The position numbers were made by a program, and so were the translations under genes. The notes under the pieces are model-generated. The model had not been told where the DNA came from. It saw only the letters and a program-made list of their open reading frames with translations, and did no database searches. A stretch of 10,675 nt of DNA. Origin: Sulfurovum sp. (GTDB lineage Bacteria; Campylobacterota; Campylobacteria; Campylobacterales; Sulfurovaceae). Below, in pieces: positions 8,001-10,675 of this stretch; the stretch's first letter is position 1, and the number at the start of each line of letters is the position of its first letter. The stretch lies in the NCBI GenBank assembly GCA_002733355.1, contig NVVN01000007.1, positions 58,719 to 69,393 of the forward strand, given 5' to 3'.

Positions 8001-8931
8001 CATTGGCAAGTGAATCGCCATCTGTCATCTTTTCCTTTACTAAAAAATGAGCCAAAGCAAATTCAGCTATAGTTCTGTGTATAAATATCTTAGTATCAAA
8101 CAACGATGTATTAAGTACCTGCAGAAGTTTCATTTTACTAAAATTATTATCGTTACCAGTTATTTTATCTATAAACTCATCTTCAAAACTCTCTACATCT
8201 GTAAACATATAATAAAATGCCAAATACCCGCTATACTTAAGTATCTCATCTGAAGTTAGTTGGCTTTGATTTCTATTTCTCTCTTCATTTTTTTCTTTTG
8301 CTCCCTTAATAAATGCTTCATATAATGCTGCTTTGGAATTAAAGTCTATTTCATTATTTGTTTTATAAAGTTCTATAATCATTTTAAACATTTGAGGATT
8401 ATCTAAAAATCCATAAGAAGAAAATTTATCAATAAAACTTTCAGGATTTTCGACATCATATATATTTGCCATTTCCATTTGCTTCTCCGCGGTTAGTAAC
8501 TGTACAGAAAATACTACTGCTTCACTATCTAGTTCATCTTTTAACGCACTTTTATCACTTTCACCATACCAATCCATCTCTCTACAACTTATAACAATTT
8601 TTATGTCATTTAAAGTTTGTAATTTATGGGCAAGTTCTTCTATAACAAATGTTTTATCTGTAGATACACTTCTGTATTCATCTAATCCGTCAAGTAGTAA
8701 TACTTTTGTATTCTCTTTTACTTGATTATCAAATTTTATAAATTTTTTTATTTTAAGAAATTGGGCTTCTTTTTCATTATCAGCATATTTATGGAGAATA
8801 GATGTTTTACCGCTTCCAGGAGAACCTAAAATAACCACAATATTATTTTTTTCTATAGCTTCATTTAAAAAAACTGTAGGTTTTAATTCTTTTGAGTGTT
8901 CCAATAAATGTAAATCAATAATATTTACCAT
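5050..8931 (-). CDS. Large NACHT/STAND P-loop NTPase with putative C-terminal PD-(D/E)xK nuclease domain; candidate anti-phage protein
   Basis: Walker A VILGSPGSGKTS, Walker B LLLDGLDE, sensor-1 VISCR, helical-domain NPQMF and winged-helix FIHRTIAEF. A long, probably helical middle region follows, then C-terminal EESCRD...ADNRVDI...QIECKK...QLIDKYL...GIYLIFYFG. Start moved from GTG 8946 to ATG 8931 (1293 aa) because that ATG has an AGGA RBS and overlaps the upstream stop (ATGGTAA). Confidence 0.85.
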   Translation of the reverse strand: MVNIIDLHLLEHSKELKPTVFLNEAIEKNNIVVILGSPGSGKTSILHKYADNEKEAQFLKIKKFIKFDNQVKENTKVLLLDGLDEYRSVSTDKTFVIEELAHKLQTLNDIKIVISCREMDWYGESDKSALKDELDSEAVVFSVQLLTAEKQMEMANIYDVENPESFIDKFSSYGFLDNPQMFKMIIELYKTNNEIDFNSKAALYEAFIKGAKEKNEERNRNQSQLTSDEILKYSGYLAFYYMFTDVESFEDEFIDKITGNDNNFSKMKLLQVLNTSLFDTKIFIHRTIAEFALAHFLVKEKMTDGDSLANERIKVLFVKKGKIPTEVRGVYAWLCSLSGDMSLIDVDSYYQAVYGDNSLFNELQKKEIVLSVKEYADEHPWFIDFWNIHGQVDGLSLLYENSLDDFYIEQIEEAKSSKNHYMDFIIFVLNTSNILSKKIKKYLREKIFDSGVPTHVKDDILKVFSSKSDFLLKVLNDIRDEKIEDNDNILKEFLLKRLYLNVVQPNDVIKYLQLYSANERGTIGHGLYIFKTPYEEKLALAKGCLKLKQKKHKDKNKNRHEYYGSDFMGKFVSDYLYETIIDNPNNLSIENIYDILFDLNQYVYKYKAIKVKAYALVRKSEIIDDLEELLMKFSNKLFSTYIDKAIKQYKYTENEKFRSCFYEYNYFFSYKPDNIFNILLSKIKLENHTEINKALFLQALTYIPFGYDENIENYKDKIEKLKKISDKYGFNNELAFRLSDKLPEWMIENKKEDKKDELERLEILNKNEEYFTKRTGIEISTAFGDLKYISDLIYIDSEIKEETEYLSKETFVRLKRVLKNLIYHNSIDKSLTILDSLSKLTERERYIEQVYYTSLALNNFEDHSLFSKIDESLLEYLYIVSLMHNNVGNIVESNFSENFEKVNINSVEEILKTYIQLIIEKHYLDLEFVYTDFIANERDFKKLKRIAFSRQRGMGILQETLLKAILSTYGFEISIGKLKEIHSCINKEHNNDSVISALIYLHEDKKNQFTKQMASALHEIFDYTSFFEDISSEWKIKVIDYMFTVFDTEKSIEHVSGFQSSLSQCASFLRDVIKTLNILELKALYVLHNSETNIWRNRILNEIDTKEQQDADQNFDRYSIDKLKNFVLSNAVLSKEDFFSDITIKLTTLKQEIEGNRNNEKNQFYNEDGSSKNEESCRDAILQKLNDKYGYDIESSKEKHEADNRVDINIRYKANLDYEVQIECKKDKNRDLYKGIKNQLIDKYLSSKVEFGIYLIFYFGDKANKDDMLVKIKKSVPDDYKGNIKIICIDLVK

Positions 8932-9647
8932 ATCTCGTCCTGACACCTATTTTCATTTCTAAGTGTTGAAGAAAATTTATGATGATAATGTCTTAAAAGC
9001 CAAATATACTTACTATGTACAGATGGGGTCTTCTCATACTCGTTTATTTTCTCATTTAAAATGTTGTAATAGCTAGTTATTGGTTCATTGAGAAAATCAA
9101 TAAAAAATATTTTTTCTCCTTTTCTATTAAAACAAGGGTTTAATGAAAACAATTCATCTTCTGCTCTAAAATAATCTTGAATTTCTTTTATATTCTTTTC
9201 ATTCGTCGCAATGACAGGCCAGTCAATACTGGATGCTTCTAATTTCGCTGCTCTAGCTAAGCCTTGACTTATCAAATTATTATTATCGTCACTCGTATCT
9301 TCAAGCTTGCTACCTAACGCAATACCACCACGTATAAATATTTTATGTTCTAAAATAAATTGAATTTGCTTCTCACCTATGAGTTGAAAAGTTTCTTGAA
9401 GAGCATCTACTCTTGAATTTACAATTCTCAATAATAATCCATCAGAAATAATTGTTGTATGACAACCATCAATACTATCAAAAAGACTTTGAAAACTATT
9501 TAACATTTGAGCCAGTTCACTAAATCTACTTTCATCCTCTAAAGCATCAGCAAAACCCAATATATCAAGCCAGATAAAAACTGTCTTTGGGATAGGTTTT
9601 GTTGTTATAGGTTCGATATTGGCATAAGATTCAATAGAGTTCATCAT
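8925..9647 (-). CDS. Stand-alone class III nucleotidyl-cyclase-like protein (240 aa)
   Basis: FIWLDILGF (D28, cf. DIxGF), IISDG (D69, cf. GD), FIRGGIALG (R106, cf. RxGIxxG) and GLARAAKLEA (cf. VNxAxRLE), in the canonical order and with similar spacing. A GAGGA RBS overlaps the toxin stop. Confidence 0.7.
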   Translation of the reverse strand: MMNSIESYANIEPITTKPIPKTVFIWLDILGFADALEDESRFSELAQMLNSFQSLFDSIDGCHTTIISDGLLLRIVNSRVDALQETFQLIGEKQIQFILEHKIFIRGGIALGSKLEDTSDDNNNLISQGLARAAKLEASSIDWPVIATNEKNIKEIQDYFRAEDELFSLNPCFNRKGEKIFFIDFLNEPITSYYNILNEKINEYEKTPSVHSKYIWLLRHYHHKFSSTLRNENRCQDEIW

Positions 9648-9653
9648 TTATCC

Positions 9654-10004
9654 TCAATACGCTAACAGCCCCAACATCACCCCAACCCCATACCCTACCT
9701 TCTCTATCTCCTCATCACTCACACAAGCCACTCTCTGTTTTATACGCTCTTTAGAAACAAACCTAAGTTGCTCTACCATCGCATCACTATCTACATTTAA
9801 ATCTTCTCTTTTTGTAATGCGTATACGTAAAGGTTCGGAATCTTCTATGAGATTCGTGGTAAGAGCTATGACGGAGACTAAATCGAGTACATCATTGAGT
9901 TCAGTATCTGACATGATGATAGCTGGTCTTACTTTTCCCACTTCGTCTTTTTTCTTTTGTGGATTAAAGTTAACTAGTACGATGTCCCCTCTTTTATAGC
10001 CCAT
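9654..10004 (-). CDS. mazF: Type II toxin, PemK/MazF family endoribonuclease
   Basis: KRGDIVLVNFNP...EVGKVRPAIIMS...N...VIALTT...S.AMVEQLRFVSKERI is the typical PemK/MazF signature. Confidence 0.93.
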   Translation of the reverse strand: MGYKRGDIVLVNFNPQKKKDEVGKVRPAIIMSDTELNDVLDLVSVIALTTNLIEDSEPLRIRITKREDLNVDSDAMVEQLRFVSKERIKQRVACVSDEEIEKVGYGVGVMLGLLAY

Positions 10005-10245
10005 CGCTTAATGTGCCTTCCATGCTGTCATATTCAGTTTTGGCACTTTGTTTTATCTTGTTTGCGGCATCGAGTAACTTTTTTTTCTTTTTGTACTCAA
10101 AGAACTCTTCAGCTAAACTCATACCTATGTATACACCTAGTTTTTTATGTGACTTTTTATCTTCTATAATAAAGTCTTCATTTTCGCCTATACGTAAGAG
10201 TGATGGGTTTCGAGATATATCTCTTGCTCCATAAGAAATGCTCAT
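9994..10245 (-). CDS. Cognate antitoxin (83 aa), Phd/YefM-like N-terminus and acidic ...TLSDGL tail
   Basis: Small gene upstream of the toxin, overlapping it by 11 nt. Start moved from GTG 10263 to ATG 10245, which has an AAGGAG RBS. The fold call rests on the pattern SYGARDISRNPSLL...FIIE...KLGVYI. Confidence 0.75.
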   Translation of the reverse strand: MSISYGARDISRNPSLLRIGENEDFIIEDKKSHKKLGVYIGMSLAEEFFEYKKKKKLLDAANKIKQSAKTEYDSMEGTLSDGL

Positions 10246-10257
10246 TTTAACTCCTTT

Positions 10258-10310
10258 TGACACAATTATATGTCAGTATGTCAGACATTATAACATAAAA
10301 TATCTGACAT
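10258..10310 (-). promoter_or_regulatory. Promoter of the TA-led operon with clustered TGTCA/TGACA operator half-sites
   Basis: Minus-strand extended -10 TGtTATAAT (10295-10287). Tandem TATGTCAG x2 (10269-10284), inverted copy TCTGACAT (10303-10310), dyad TGACA-N8-TGTCA (10258-10275) and palindrome ATGTC-A-GACAT (10278-10288). Confidence 0.7.
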
Positions 10311-10675
10311 TAATCAAACGCCAACAACCCAAATTTCCTGACAAAAGCCTCATCAATATCTATCAACCCTTTTTCCTGCAAATCATCTAACACAGACTTC
10401 GTACAAAAAGTATCTCCAGGCCATTCACGTTTAAAGCCATCTAGTTCACTTTTGTTAGTGGCATCTATCATGATGAAAGGTTCTAGGCGTACATCTCTAC
10501 TTGCGTCTATGTTGTTGACTACTCTCCATAACAGCATATAAGGGTTGTCTAGTTGATTGTTCGCACGTTCAACTATGATGGTTACATTCATGTACTTTTT
10601 AAAAGGTGAGAGTTTGTCCATGAGTATAGACATTGATTCTGTTTTTTCTACCATGAGCATACAGATAGGGTTTTT
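10310..10675 (-). CDS. C-terminal part of a UbiD-family (menaquinone biosynthesis) decarboxylase, truncated by the window edge
   Basis: The frame is open to the window edge (KNPICMLMVEK...), so the track's ATG is internal. NPYMLLWRVVNNIDASRD...IDATNK...GFKREWP matches the UbiD-family C-terminus. Confidence 0.8.
   Translation of the reverse strand, partial: KNPICMLMVEKTESMSILMDKLSPFKKYMNVTIIVERANNQLDNPYMLLWRVVNNIDASRDVRLEPFIMIDATNKSELDGFKREWPGDTFCTKSVLDDLQEKGLIDIDEAFVRKFGLLAFD

Noticed and set aside
8900..8970. Cyclase-like and STAND ORFs as one frameshifted fusion gene
   Set aside because: The STAND frame has a TAG immediately before GTG 8946, and ATG 8931 has its own AGGA RBS with a typical stop/start overlap. 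Two coupled genes is the simpler reading, although fused homologues could exist elsewhere.
8925..9647. GGDEF, Cas10/mCpol or CD-NTase (CBASS) identity for the 240-aa protein
   Set aside because: There is no GG(D/E)EF, GGDD or GS-x-DxD motif. The motif order fits class III cyclases instead.
10079..10092. A-rich run encoding KKKKK in the antitoxin, and similar A/T runs in the STAND gene, as phase-variation tracts
   Set aside because: Runs of about 8-9 A/T are expected at this base composition, the frames are intact, and there are no long poly-G/C tracts.
5269..10234. Short plus-strand ORFs 5269-5487, 5755-5940, 6608-6793, 7469-7672, 8047-8253, 9817-9999 and 10013-10234
   Set aside because: They are antisense to the STAND and TA genes. 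Their Phe/Ile/Ser-rich composition is what the reverse strand of AT-rich coding DNA produces.
1..10675. CRISPR array, tRNA/rRNA, IS element or att-site direct repeats
   Set aside because: None seen by eye. Intergenic spaces are short, and there is no regularly spaced repeat or recombinase/transposase ORF.

Overview
AT-rich bacterial window that looks like Campylobacterota (Sulfurovum/Sulfurimonas-like), an inference from protein and promoter style. The left part (1-3976) is housekeeping and oxidative-stress genes: feoA 3' end, rseP, yggS, a nickel superoxide dismutase operon (sodN-sodX), and convergent perR and ahpC. The right end is the 3' part of a UbiD-family decarboxylase. Between ahpC and the UbiD gene is a ~6.3 kb minus-strand accessory block. 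It holds a tightly coupled four-gene operon: Phd-like antitoxin, MazF/PemK toxin, a stand-alone class III nucleotidyl-cyclase-like protein, and a ~1293-aa NACHT/STAND NTPase with a C-terminal PD-(D/E)xK-like nuclease. A decayed HTH + Fic ('mobile mystery' A/B-like) pair, missed by the ORF track, follows it. The cyclase-like + STAND-nuclease pair is the best candidate for an undescribed anti-phage system. No database searches were run.
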